A stretch of 64,000 bases of DNA from Klebsormidium nitens (GCA_000708835.1 DF237021.1:175624-239623), one strand, 5' to 3'; shown: positions 25,587-38,960, numbered from the stretch's first letter. A program made the numbers and translations. The notes: generated by a model not told the origin, from the letters alone.

Positions 25587-27329
25587 GTTTGGTGTAGAGG
25601 GAAAGGCTGTTCTTAAACAGCGTAAGGTTGTTGTGAGGATATGATGAGTAGAGAGACACTTGCAGCCCGGACGTGTTGTGTTGCATGATCGACTGTAGGG
25701 CAACGAGACATGCAGTCAAGAATGACGTACATAGAGACAGTTGCTGAAACATCGACTGAGAGCTGGTACCTTGTGGACAATAAGACGCTTTCCTTTCACT
25801 TGTCCTCAACCCAGCTGTCGACTAAGTCTGCGTTCCTCATTGTGCAAGAACAAGGCAATGAAAGGCTCACCCAGAGCATACTACTCTCAAGCAGTTGCAA
25901 GCTGAAAAGCGTGATTGGGTTACCACAGATCTCGTTGTGCGATGCTTCAAGATTTCCATGTTACCAGGTTTAGTAACGTACTATCTTTTTCAAAGTGAGC
26001 GTGCGTGGGCGGATGCAAATATTGGTCCGGCCTTTTTTGTGTTGCATGGTTGACTCAGGCCTGACGGGAGTCGGAAATTATAATACCAAGTTGTGTACGT
26101 TACAAGTTACTCTTTGATACTCTGTTTAATTGCGATCGAGAGCGCGTTTGGCACACTCACTTTCAATAGCTGGTGATGAAGATCACTCCACGTGGCTGGC
26201 GGCTGACGTCTCCAAATCCCGAAGTCGACTAGACACGATCTGATGCCCTGTTCTTGTACGCGCCCGGCCTACAACCATGTCATGCGCGAGGCTTCCGAAC
26301 GGAACTGTGGCTTGTTGTCTGTGCAAGCGGAATTGGTCTCAAACGAGTGCAGTTGCAATAAGTCTCCGTTTCCAAGGATTCTTGTTCTTGCCATTGCCAG
26401 TCCCATGATGAGCTTCTCCCCTTCGATCTTGCGGCAACGCTATTTCGTTTTGGTCTTAATCTTCGATCATCCTTCGCCCGTAGTTGTACTTGCCTCTTGC
26501 TTTGAGTCTCCGTGCGCGGCTTTGGAAATGCTGCCGACCCGGCGCCTTGGTTCTCGATATCGACTTTCTGGCAATACAAAAGCAATAATTTTTCTGAGAT
26601 TTCTTTCTCCCCGATCGGCTGGAGCTACTTATTTGTTTTCAAACATGTTGAGGGCCTTGCAAATAGGCTCTACAGCTCTACCGACTGCCCCTTCTGATCT
26701 ACCGTACTTCTGCCAGTGCTACTATACCTGTGAGATGGAACAATTGGAACTTCAGGAAGTCCTGCACATCTGCGTTTTGGCAATGATGCTTTATGACTGG
26801 CCACGTGCCACACGTTTCTCAGTATCTCACAGTATGATCGGATGCCAGGTTATTTGGTTGTTGTACTGAGCGTCGAGGAAGCTAGACGTAAGCCGAGGAC
26901 TTGTGCTTCCTTGCGACTTCTTGCATATCAGTCGAGAGCCGTGCTTAAAAAAGTCATGCTGCTTTCTTTCTTCGTTCTATAGGGACTGCTAAGACGATCA
27001 AAGGGCTACAGGTTCATCCCGACTCAATCTTATGAGGCTAAGAAGGCTCGCTTCTCCGACCTGACACGAAGAAATGTGTCAGTGTGTACGCGACAAGTTG
27101 TTTTGCATTACTTCCGAGCCGCGCCAGTTCTCTAATCTGCAAGACGCTGTCTTTTTCTTGAAGAGATAAATACAGGCTTACAAATGGGACATAAATTGGT
27201 CGGTCTTTTCGTCGGCCGCTGCAAATACAAAAGCCGCTTCAATGTCAGTACAATTTGACGCCTTCTTCGCATACGACGGCCTCCCATCTTGCCGTTTTGA
27301 AGAGGGCCCCTTCCCACTGTGTGCATCCT

Positions 27330-27900
27330 CGTCTTTCGATCGCTGCTGTGTGCCGACCAGACAAAGTTTGAATCGGTAGGACCTAGATGCTCTGAACATG
27401 GACTTTCAGACGTGCGGAAAGATACTGATGATTTAACGACGACGTCGGCGCACAAGGCCTGTTACTGAAGCGGGCAGATGGCAATGAGATCAGTCTACGT
27501 GTGGTGGGCTTGCAGTTTCTGCCACCTACTGAATTCAAAGGGAGCCAAGGCTAATATCACGGCTCTTTCCTTGGCTTTACCACTTGTTTTAATGAGGCTT
27601 CAGGCTAAAGGCACGGTCTCGTTCAGACTTCGGTCGTCCCAAGATTTCAGTGCGTGGGTTCTCGTCTTCGTATGCCGCTGTGTCCCTACCGGACAAAGTT
27701 TTTGCATGAGTACTACGGCCCAGAGTCCGGCAACGTGGACTTTTACACGTGCGTACGGATACTAGATTGATAGTCAACGGCGTCGGTGCACAAGGCCTCT
27801 ATTGAAGCTGGCAGAAGGCAATGAGATCAGTCTCCGTGTGGTGGGCTTGTGGTTCCTGCCACGCCGTCAGCTTCAGTGAGCCAAGGCAAATACCACAGCT
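27330..27900. repeat. ~340-bp internal tandem dimer within Array I (also present at ~33380-33950)
   Basis: The block gacgtcggygcacaaggcct...gaagc...ggcaatgagatcagtct...gtggtgggcttg recurs 337-340 bp apart (27479/27816 and 33531/33871). Confidence 0.85.
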
Positions 27901-29519
27901 CTTTTTTTGGCTTTACTTCCTCTTTCATCAGAGCTTGTGAATACGCGAACGTTTCCCTTTTTGAATTCGCTCGTCTTAAGTTGCTCCGTGCTCCTTTTGC
28001 CAACAAATTCTGACTTCGATAGCAAGCGAACCGACAGTCACCGGGCCGACCCAGCACCCAGCATTATTGGTAGCGACCGTTCTGCGGGGGAGTTCGACAA
28101 CTTGGTCGCCATGTCAGCCGGGCACCTTCGGCCACTTTGAATACGTTTTCCGTCAGCCTTGTTGCAAAGGTCACAAAAGAGTCAATCTTCTTATGACGGC
28201 ATGAGTGGGCGGGTCTCCTGTCGAAATAATGGGCGACTCAATCTCCTTTAAGCACACTTTTGGTCGCCCGAAAAGTTGGACACGTGGGCAAGGGCTTTTG
28301 CAGTGGACGGAGCGCTGCCAATTTAGACTCTGGAGGGTTTGCCACGTGGCTATGACGAGCTCCGGCTATGAACTGCTTGTCAGTTCAGCTGAATGTCGGA
28401 CCTTCCCGACCGAGGCCGCTGCTTTGACAATGTCAGAACGACCTCCATTCACCGTATTAGAATGATCAAGGGACGTTTTTGTTTTGGTGGCGAGTGCTCT
28501 GTATTGTGTGTGAGAGGAAACGTCCCTGAAAAGGAAACGGAAGAGTTGTTTCTGCTGATGTTGGCACCGATCCAGTCACACATCGATGTATGTAGGTTGT
28601 TGCAGATTCTAGCATAACAATCACGCTTTTTATCTGTGCGGAAGGGATCGCTCAGGTGAAAGCTTCCATTATTTGGTCCTTCGCGTCACGACTTGTCGCC
28701 GGAACTTCGAAAAGTGAACGGCCCTTGTGTCAACGCCGCCTGACGCCTTGCGTTGTCAAAACATGTTTCGTAAACCCAGCTTGGAGCTAGACCGGCGGCA
28801 GCAACGGCTTCGCAACGGATTATCCTCAGCCCTAAAGGATTGCCTGCGCTCTCTTTGTCAATCATTTACTATCTAGCCAACGACTGTCTCCAGATTATCG
28901 TGTTGGCAGAACCGAGTCTCGTTTCCGGCCCCTGCCGATCACCAATTTTTCTTTCGGACTTTACCTGCTTTTCATCCCAAATCGCAATTCCCAAAGCTGT
29001 CCCAGATTGTTTTGAAGCGCCACGTGACGTACGCCGCAGTGCAAATCGGTGTCCATCACACAGCGAAAACTAGTGGCTGGCAGACCCGGGCCTCATAATT
29101 CATGGTTTCTTTCTGTCGATCAAGTGTGCTGCAAGCCACATGCAAGCGTTTCACGATTTCCGGCTGCTTATCTTTTTCCTCTTTCGATTCGGGAAAGATA
29201 CGCCAAGTTGGGTCGCACGTCGTACCTTCCTGGTCGAGATTCTTACGGCATTTGTTCGGCTTTCTTGTGACCGTCATTACGGAGCGATCGGCCTGGTCGT
29301 CTGAGTGGTACACGTGGCCATGACGAAGGGCGCTGTGGTGGATAAACCACTCGTTGTGACTCCCCTCGACTGACGCTACGGGATTGAAACTGGATTCAAA
29401 TTACCTCGCTCAAGTTCATTCCCCGTCCTCCGAACGCGTTCAGATCCAAGTCTCCCGGTGCTTTACGTGGCACCAGCGCTCTAAAAGTAGCAATATGCGA
29501 GGAGAATCAAAGTAATCAA

Positions 29520-29960
29520 TGGAAACGGACCTTACTTCGATTCTTACGTCCGACGGGACGTTGCTTGATCTCCTTCTTCATCGCTTCGTGCCGCCAGTGG
29601 ATTCTCTGGCCGTACGTGATGGAAAGCCTTGTCGGCGTAGAGACAATTAGCTCCTTTTCCTTCCAGATAGCCAACTCGTCTATCGGCTTTGCCAGCGTCA
29701 AAAAGCTTACCTTGTACAATTGGAGAGTCGCTACCTCTCCTGTAGTTTAGCAACTTGAAACTTCTGGTCTGGCAGTGGTGCGTCAGATTGACCCGGGTCG
29801 ACTTTTCTTCTTTCGTTATCACGCCAGACCCAAGTCAAAAGCAATCCGTGGCCCCTCGGGCAAGTCTTGGGGCTAGTATCATTCTCCACCTGTCTCTTCT
29901 GATCTTTGCAAGAGCTGCATATGCATGTTTCACATTCGTACGTGATTCCAGTCATTTCTG
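29520..29960 (-). pseudogene. Frameshifted remnant of an unidentified protein-coding gene inside the Array I unit (paralog at ~32140-32480)
   Basis: Both copies translate to similar peptides: PGQSDAPLPDQKFQVAK...YKVS...LAK...DELAIWKEKEL versus PGRSDAPLPDQDFQVAK...YKVS...LAK...DELAIWKAREL, and VENDTSPKTCPR versus VKNDVSPRTCPR. Both are broken by frameshifts or stops. The family was not recognised. Confidence 0.4.
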
Positions 29961-32900
29961 CGCATCTGTTCCTCTACGCTTTCTTTGCTTGGTGTCTCTT
30001 CAGCTATAGGACCCTACAAGCCCTTTTCTGTCAGAACCTGGATCCGGTCCTTCACACCTTCACACTCTCACACCTTCACAGTGACACGGTCGGACCAGCA
30101 GGCATTGAGAGGCGATGATGCATATCACTACTGGCGGGCGGTGATTCCAAAAGGTACTGTGTTATCGATCGTACCGTTTTATTTCAAGCCTTCCATCGAG
30201 CGCGTGCGCAACTTACGCGCCCGAATGACGTCACTCAGGCGATCTTCGATGGAATGCCACGTCTGCCCCGACCAGTTCCATGACCTTTTTGTTAGTATAA
30301 TCAACGTTTGGGAAGGTGGCTGCCATGCATGAGACGGCTTCAAGGGTACTTTACTTCCTGTTTGCAAACCGTGTCCAATTGGAGTTCGATGTGGGTGCAG
30401 GCACGGGTTTAGACTGACCTCTGGAGTGCCTAACCGGGACGTACTGTACTTGCCCTCGCCGCCCAGCTGAGGCACGGCTCTTTTCCTGGTCACAGGAAGG
30501 TGGAAATTTTCTTCTGCCAAAGTATGCAACGCAGGTTATCCGATCACGGAGAAGGCTCAGCCCAGAATTCTCTGCGAAGCATTGATCTGGTCGACTACCT
30601 TTTGTCCTCGAGGCATCTGGGAAATTACATCGTGCCTGCTTGAACGCGTCCGCAGGTGGGAAGTGAATAAATCACACTAGGCTTCGGATGGGTCGGTCGT
30701 CGTTCGGCCTCTCGTTGGAGTGGGTTGGTATAATCTCTCTTCCTCCACCAGTGTGCTCAAGAGCGATGACGGTGTGGTTCAGTTGGTGGCCGCTGTAAGC
30801 GGGCCACTCGCGGAATCGTTGTCTGTGAATCGGACGCCAGGTTGTCAAAACCTTTGAAAAGAGCTGAGTCGAGGAACCCTGCTTGCTTGCGACTTCGGTC
30901 TTGCGTATCAGTTCGAAGTGCTCAATAAACACATGCCCGCTTCCTATCTAGGTTCTAGGGAATGCAAAAAGGGCCAAAGAGCTGCAAGTTCATTCCTAAA
31001 CGTTATGAGGCCAAGAAGACTCGCTTCTCGCGACTTGACACGAGGAATTCGTGCTCCGCGATGAGCTTTCTTGTTAAGTTCCGAGCCGCGCCTCTGCTGT
31101 AAACTCTTCCACCTAAAAGCCGCTGTCTCTGCATTGAGTGAATCAAGCTAGAGAACTCGCCAGGGCAGGCTAGAGACTTGGACATGGATCACGTCCTTTT
31201 CATCGAGTGCTCCAAAGTCACAAGCCGCTTCAACCTCGGTCCGCTTGACGCCTTCGTCGCATAAGACGACCGCCCATCGCTTTGAAAGACGAAGTGCGTG
31301 CATTCCCGTCTTTCGTATGTTGTTAGGTGCCGACCAGACAGAGTTTGATCGGAAGGACCTAGATGCTCTGAACGTGGAATTCCAAACGTGCGTAAAGCTA
31401 CTCATTGTTTAACGACGTCGGTGCACAGGCTATTAAATCGAAGCGGGCAGATGGCAATGAGATCATTCTGCGTCTGGTGGGCTTGCACTTCCTGCCACTC
31501 AGTTAACTCCGGGAGCCAAGGCAAAAACCTCAACTCTTGTCTAGGCTTTGCCACTTGTTTGATAGGGCGTTAGGCTGCACGCACAGTCTCTTTTTGAGTT
31601 CGGTCGTCCCGACTTGCACCGTGCCTGTTTTGCCAACAATGTTTGACTTTGACAACAAGCGAACAGACAGTCACAACCCAGCACCCAGCACTGTTGATAG
31701 CGACCGTTTTGCGGGGAGTTCGACAAATTTGTTCGCCGCATCAGCCCCTACGGCCACTTTGAGTACGTGTATGTCAGCCTAGATGCAAACAGTTGAGAAA
31801 ATTTGCTTGACAGGGCCAGGGGCTAAAAAGAGAGTCGCTCTTTTTATGAGGGCATGGGTGGGCGGGTCTGCCAAAGAGATGGGCAAATCGAATCTCTTGA
31901 AGCACATTCGTTGGTCGCCGGAAAAGTTGGACAGTTCACAAAAGACTTTTGCAACGGATAAACCGCTACCAATCGAGGGTTTGCCACTTGGCTGTGACGA
32001 GCTCCGACTATTGTCTGCTTGTCAGTTCAAGAGGATGACGGACCTTCACCCGCCGTGCTTCAAGTGGCGACGTTGCTCTGAGACCTTAATTGATCAAAGT
32101 GCCGCCGGACCTTTCTTCGTCGAAATATGACGCCTGGCCGGATGTTGCTTGGTATCCTTTCTCAGCACTACGTGCCTTTGGATTCTCTGGCCGTGGTGGA
32201 AAGCCTTCAATTCGTTGCGGAGACAAGCTCTCTTGCCTTCCAGATAGCCAACTCGTCTTGTACAGACTTTGCCAGTAGCAACTTGGAGCTTACCTTGTAC
32301 AGTGGAAAGTCGCTAAATCCCTTGACTTTAGCAACTTGGAAATCCTGGTCTGGCAGTGGTGCGTCAGATCGACCGGGGGCCAACTTTTCATGTTTCGTCG
32401 TGACGCCAGACCCTAATGAATCCAAAGCGGTTCGTGGGCCTCGGGCAAGTCCTGGGGCTGACATCATTCTTCACAATTAATGTGTCTTTAATCTTGCAAG
32501 AGCTGCATGCATGTTTTGCGGTAAGTTGTACCAGTCGTTTTTGAGTACGTGTCGCTATACGGTTTCTTCTGAACGAATGGTGTCTTTCCGCTCAAAAAGA
32601 GCCATAAGCCCTCTTCTATCAGGATCGGATTCCGGTCCTTCAACACGGACGAGCTAGCAGGGAGTGAGTTCTCTGCATTTCGATGATTCATAATGCTACT
32701 GGTGGGCGGTCATTTGAAAAGGGACTATAAATTTGACTGCACCTTTTTATTTTGAAGCCTTCCATCGAGCGAGTGCGCCACGCGGGCCTGCCTCTGAATG
32801 ACGTCACTCAGGGGTTCTCCCGGTGGGACTGCCACTTCAGCCCGACCGGTTCGGTGGCCTCGGTGTTAGTACACAGTGACATTAATGAGGAAGGTGGAGC

Positions 32901-35900
32901 TGCCACATGACACGGCTTCAAGGGTACCCTAGCTAGTTTCAATCCGCAAACTGTGTGTCTGAAACTTTGGGTCAAGGCACGGGATTAGACTGACCTTTGG
33001 AGTGACTCACTGCTCCTTAACCAGTAACGGAGGGACGAGAGTCAACGGAGGGACGTACAGTCTGTACTCGCCCTCGCCGCACAGCTGAGGCACGGCTGTT
33101 TTCTGGTTACAAAAAGGCGGATTTCTTTTTTTAGCAGAATCTGCAACGTAGCCTTAAGTTATCCAAATCAAGGAGAAGGCTCAACCGAAACCACTCTACG
33201 AAGCATCCTGTTCGGATTCCGTTTTATCTCCAGGTATCTTGGACATTTCACGTGATGATCGCACTCGGCCTTCCTTCTGAGTACCAGGTGTCATATTGAC
33301 TTTGTACGCGTCTGTGACGACTAGCATTCAACTAGTACTGCTCGCGAATTACTCTTTCTTGAGCGGGTGCAGACTTCTTTAAAGTAACGACAGAAGCCTT
33401 CGTCGACAGAATTTGATTAGCAGGACCTAGATGCCCGCAAGATGGGCTTTCAGACGTGCATAAAGATGCTGAGTAACTAGCAACGTTGGTGTACAAATGT
33501 GCCTTAAGGCCTGTTACTGAAGCTCGCAAATCGCAATGATATCAGTCTACGACGTATGGTACGTGGGCTTGCAGTTCCTGCCACACAGTCCATTTACAGT
33601 ACCTTGAGCCAAGGCAAAACCGACAGCTCTTTCCTTGGCTCTACTCCTTGTTTGATAGGGCTTTGGGCTACACGCACGGTCTCCTTTTGAATTCGGTCGT
33701 CCCAACTTTTCAGTGCGTGGGTTCTCGTCTTTCGCATGCCGCTGTGTGCCGACCAGACAGAGTTTGACTGGTAGGACGCAGATGCTCGCAACGTGGAATT
33801 TCAGCCGTGCGCAAAGATATCCATTGTTTAACGACGTCGATGCACAAGGCCCTTGATTGAAGCAGGCGAATGGCAATGAGATCAGTCTCCGTGTGGTGGG
33901 CTTGCAGTTCCTGCCACGCCGTCAGCTTCAGTGAGCCAACGCAAAACCACAGCTTTTTTCTTGGCTTTAGCCACCATCTTTTTCAAAGCATTGGGTTACA
34001 TGTTCGTTCGGTTTTCGAGGTCGGTCGTCCCATCCTGCCCCGTGCCTCTCTTGCCAACAAAGTCTGACTTTGATAGCAACCGAACGGACAGTCAGATCCA
34101 GCAACCCAGCACTATTGGCAGCGACCGTTCTGCTGAGGAGTTCGACAGTTTGGTCGCCGTGTCAGCCGCGCACCTACGGCCACCTTGAGTACCTTATCTG
34201 TCAGCCGTCAGCCCTTGATGCAAAAACTTGAGGAAGTTTTCTTGACAGGGCAGAGGACCAAAGAAGAATCGTCCTTGTCGTTAGGGCATGGGTGGGCGGG
34301 TCTGCTGCCATACTAATGGGCGACTCGAATCTCTTAGAAGCACACAATGTGGTCGCCTGAAATCTTGAAGACGGCGGCAAGGGCTTTTGTAAGGCATAGA
34401 ACGCTGCTGATCGAGGTTTTGCCACGTGGCTATGACGACGTCCGACTATGGACTGCTTGTCAGTTTAATTTTTGGCCCTTCATGCAGAAAGCCGCCATGT
34501 CACAGTGTCAGTTCAACCTCCATTTGCCGTATGGCTAGCGGTCAAGAAGCGTTGCTTTTCGTCGCAAGTTCCCTGTACTCCGTACAATTCTGTGGAAGGA
34601 ACCTTTGGAAAGAGGAAATCTAAGGTTCCTCCTTTGCTGATGTTGGCACCGATTCAGTCACAGAGCAATACGTGTGGTTGTATCTTTAATTCTGCTGATT
34701 ACTGAGGCACTCGATCTCCGCCGTAAGGATCCTTCAGGTGGGTGTTTTCTACTTGCTGCCCTTTGCGTGTAGGATTGTCCTTCCCGCAACCTGCAATCGC
34801 GGAGAACATGTTGGCCTTTGTACACCGGTTTTCGACGTTCTGAGTCTGGAACCTATTTCTTTTAAAGCCGGGGTAAACTTACCGGCAGCAGCAATGGCTG
34901 GCCAACGCACGATTCTCAGCCTTCAACAGATCATCCTTCAGCCTGTGCTCTCTTTGGAAATCGATTCCTCTGTCGGCCGATCCACTGAGTGTTTCCAGAT
35001 CATTGTGCTAGCAACAGCTTTCGACTCTGGGTTCCCCTTGCCAATCAAAGACCTTTTTTGAGATTTATCAAAGCCTACCTCTTTTACCTCCCATCTCACG
35101 CCGTGTACATGTTGCGCTAAGCTGTTATGGAGTAACCTGGTCGGACCGCAGTGCCTATGGTTCCCGCCAAGAACCGATCGCACTGCGGAAGCCTGTGGCT
35201 GGCGGACGCGCCCTCGTACTTTTGTCGTTTCGATCTTGTTCTTTCAACACTACGAGCCACGCGCAAGCGCTCATACCGCACTTTCAAGTGCGGGCTCCTC
35301 CCTTCGTATGACTCGGACAACGTTTTCACTAGCCGACTTGTGATTTTTATTCTGGCCAAGTCCATTTTTGGATTACGGCTCTGATCCTAGGTGCATGTGG
35401 AACGGCCTAGGTGGCTCACGTGGCAATGACGTAGGGCGCTGTGGCAGACAGCCACTGTGCGCCATCGGTTCCGCGGACGGCCACAGTAGCGAAGTTTGAT
35501 TTGATCTTGATAAGTCCATCCCTTGTCCTTTTGTCCTTCCAACTACTGTACTTTCAGCCTTTACTAGCCCGGTGCTTATGGTGACGTTGCTCCGAGGGGG
35601 CAGATGTGTGCGACGGCGGCTCTCTAAACCAATACGTTGACGAACGGTCCTTGAACAAAGTATGGGTGTGATGCTCTCTCCGGCGATAGCATGAAGAAAC
35701 ATCAAGGTCACTCTCGTTTGGCGTAAAACAAGAACGCCCTGTGTTCGACCGAGTTACCGAGAGTGTCTAGCTTACTCGCCAATCTTATAACTGACACAAC
35801 GTTTGGCAAATCCTCACGTGTATCGTCTGAGCAGCCCGGGCCTGCTGAGCTGTGCAAAATTTTCGGGGGGAATTGAAAGTTATGGGGTTATGCAGTCTGG

Positions 35901-36149
35901 GCTGCGTGTAATGTATCCAAGTTTTTTGATTTTTTGATGACAGTACCTTCTTCAAGGACTGGCGCGTTCAAATCCTCTGGACCGTGACGAAATGCCTTGT
36001 CGACGTACAGACAGGCCTCAACATGCAATTTCAACTCCAGAAGCCAGTAGGGTCTGTAGCTTCTACTGGCAAGGAATATACCTCGTCAATCCAAGAGTCC
36101 CCACCCCTTCTTGAGCAGAACTTAAGCATATAGCAGTTTTAAACTTCTT

Positions 36150-38380
36150 TGGCCGCTCCATTTCACTTAGACCTGCGCCGGTAGTCCTGCCGTTTGTGGG
36201 TTTCGTTGACGGGGCGCACGACTTCAACATCTGAAATCTTCTCAGGAAGCTTTCAGGACGTTTGCAGGGTGGAAACGAGAACGATGATCAGGTCCGCAAT
36301 CCGTTTGTCGAGCGTCTTCCGTTGCCGATTTGCCGCGCACATGAGGTCCCGTTATCTGGAAGCGTACCGGGTCTTTTCTCACCGCGTTTTATTTGCCAAT
36401 TTGTATCTTTCTGCCATTATCAAAACACAGGGGTCCGCATCTGACCGTCCGCGCATCGTTGCTTTTCTTGAGGGGTAAATAGCCTGACCGATTCGTCTCC
36501 TGAGATCCGCTTTGCCCTGATCGAGTATCTCCACTCTAGGTCCTTTATCAGCGTTTGGTCTGGCGGTGTCTCTGGCTTACCGGCCCCTTTCTTTGCTTGA
36601 TGCAACTTCGATTGGCAATGATTACGCCTTTGGCAGTATGCCAATGAGGGACACGTTCAATCGAGCCGCCGACGTTTTTGAAGTTCTGGGAAGTTTCGGC
36701 GGGCCTTGTTGGAGCGCTGGTCCCTGTATCACGAATCTGTTTCGTCTGTGCATGCTTCCAACACCCTGAACCTGTCTCCAAAAAAGGTTTCTCCTAGCCT
36801 TTCCGCCGACGCGCTCATTTCATCAGAAATCCGGGCAAAGAAGTTTCTTTCAGATCCGCTGCCTTTTTTCAGGTTCGAGCGCTTTCAAAAACAGGTTCGG
36901 GTATCCGCCGCGTGTCACGTTGACGCCTTCGTGCTTCCGCATTTCATCCCGTACGTACCGTCGAATATAGTAACTTCCGTGCATCTTCTCGCACTCGCTT
37001 TTCCGGACTACCTTTCAGGTGCCAGTGGGCTGTGGATGGTTGCACAGTTATGCAGTATTTGTTTCTTCTCCTGCTCCGCCGCTACAATCAAGTCGTACGT
37101 CCGTTCGTCCGCGCCTTCTAAGGAAATTGACCGTTTCAAATTTTACCCAGCTAAAACGCTCAATCCATAATCCAGTGTCTTACAAAAATTCTTCGCCGTT
37201 TTCGCATCTGCCTGGAGAACTTCAAGGATTGGATCCGAGAAGCTCTTGAAAAGTCATTAGTATCTCAGCATGTTGCGAGCAGCAATAGCGCTGCCGCGAC
37301 TGAGTTGCGTCTTCGTCGGTTGGCCGCGTGTCGTGACATAGCTGTTCAATTTACCATGTTCTGCACAGAGTTGCATGCAGGCCTTTAAATTCTCTTGTGA
37401 GACAACCGCAGAAGACATAAATTTCCGGAAAAGTCCCAGTGTCACGTGTGGCAATGATGGTTCATCTGGCTCGTGCCAGCGATAAGATTTTCCCATGATG
37501 CCAGACCAAATATGCTATGTTACTAATCAGAGTAAGTCTTGCACGAGCCTGTGGACTTCCTATCTCGTCGATATTAGCCCGCGAGCTGCGTACAGATCAC
37601 CTTACTCATGCAGAGTAATATTCGTATTGGGCACGTTTCTCTGTGCACCTTCAAGGTTTTTCCTCGTTTGATCTTCTTCTATTGCACGCCTTTGCAGTTA
37701 CACAAATCCGGTTGAGTAGATTCGCAACACCCTGCCATACGAATTCCTCCGCCCAATGAATGTGCGATCAATTGGTTGTCTCTAACCTCCAGACTATCGT
37801 ATTCACGGCGGTCTGTATTCTAGACCAGATTTAGCCACTTTCCAGACATGCTCGCTTTGGGTGCAAGTGATGAATGAGTGCCTCATCGGCTTTGGTTGAT
37901 TGAAGCGCAATCAAAACCGTGTCCTTCTTCAAAACTGCGCGGGAAGGCAAGGAGGATGTGGCTTTATGGCGGCGTTGAATTTCCGCCAACAAGTTACCAG
38001 GGCGATCAATTGAAGGTAGAGCTGGCAAAACAGTTGAGGAAAACTTGCGAAACATCATTGCTGTTTGTTTGCGAGGGTAGTCACTTCTTTGCAGATACAA
38101 TCCGCCAAAGGACGCGGTGTTTGCGGGCTCCCATTGCATACGAAAGTCAAGTACTTCCATGATACGTTTGCATGCTTACTCCGTTAAGTAACCTCGATTC
38201 TTTCTTTCTTTCCTTTTGGGCTGGCAAGCGAAACATCTGGTACTGGAAAAATCTTATATTTGGAATGCATATTGTGACGTTGATTCTGTCAAAAGCGAGT
38301 TTCAGTTCAAGTGCGCGCTTGGCAATGATATAGGCGTCTGCTCCGGTGGGCTCGCAGTTTCCACTAGTAGAACCCAATGA
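36150..38380 (-). pseudogene. Decayed coding-like segment of unknown family (possible TE remnant)
   Basis: A run of protein-like minus-strand frames (38147-38377, 37831-38160, 37257-37496 and ...SLEGADERTYDLIVAAEQEKKQILH...) is interrupted by stops and frameshifts. No diagnostic domain was identified. Confidence 0.25.
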
Positions 38381-38859
38381 CGGCCACCGGCAGCCTTCGA
38401 TTCAAATTTCTGACAATCAGCTCAAACCCCAAACCTCCTCGCCAAAGCCGCGCTTTGACTGGAAGTGCTGCAGCTCGCGGAGCACCCACGCGCCGCGCTC
38501 CATGGCCGCGCGCACATAGTACTTGCCCGCGCGCGCATGAGCGCGGACACAGCGGACAGCGCGGCTGCGTCGAGCCGGCCCTTGAATTGGACCAATATGC
38601 GATCCGAGGGAAGCTTGCAATGCCTAGACGGTCCGCGGCCGCCAGCGTGCTTTTTGGAGGCGCTGACGGCGGGTTTTTGCAGCGCGCCGCTGTCGCGTGG
38701 GCGCGTGCGAACGCGCGGCCGGGATGTCGCCAGTGTCGCACACACCTCCTAGCGAAGTGCACGTGCCCATCGCGGCAGCCCACTTTTGCCAGGGAGGATC
38801 AAAGACGCTTTCTGGTGGTTAGAAAGATTCTCATGCAAACGACGTCACCGCGAGTCTGT

Positions 38860-38960
38860 GGTAGCGACCGTTATGCGGAGAGGGTCTAGCGTTGGTCGCC
38901 GCGGCGATTGAGGCGGTCGCGGCGCCCAGTTCAATTGCGTTGTCCGTCAGCCTGTCACGG
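38860..38960. repeat. Isolated fragment of the Array I unit
   Basis: tagcgaccgttatgcggagag...ttggtcgcc...tccgtcagcc matches 28070-28160 and 34123-34210. GCGACC...GGTCGC forms an inverted pair. Confidence 0.65.

Larger units (their letters stand above)
27020..35700. repeat. Array I: three decayed head-to-tail copies of a multi-kb unit
   Basis: Collinear homologous blocks: 27030/31004 (ttatgaggcyaagaagrctcgcttctc), 27479/31452/33871, 28070/31700/34123 (tagcgaccgtt...gagttcgaca), 28342/31984/34422, 29311/35417, 29760/32343 (ctggtctggcagtggtgcgtcagat) and 30330-30480/32905-33100. The copies differ by internal deletions. Confidence 0.9.

Noticed and set aside
26243-26869. 208-aa plus-strand ORF
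   Set aside because: The composition is Ser/Leu/Cys-rich with no domain or splice signals, so it is likely a chance or antisense frame.
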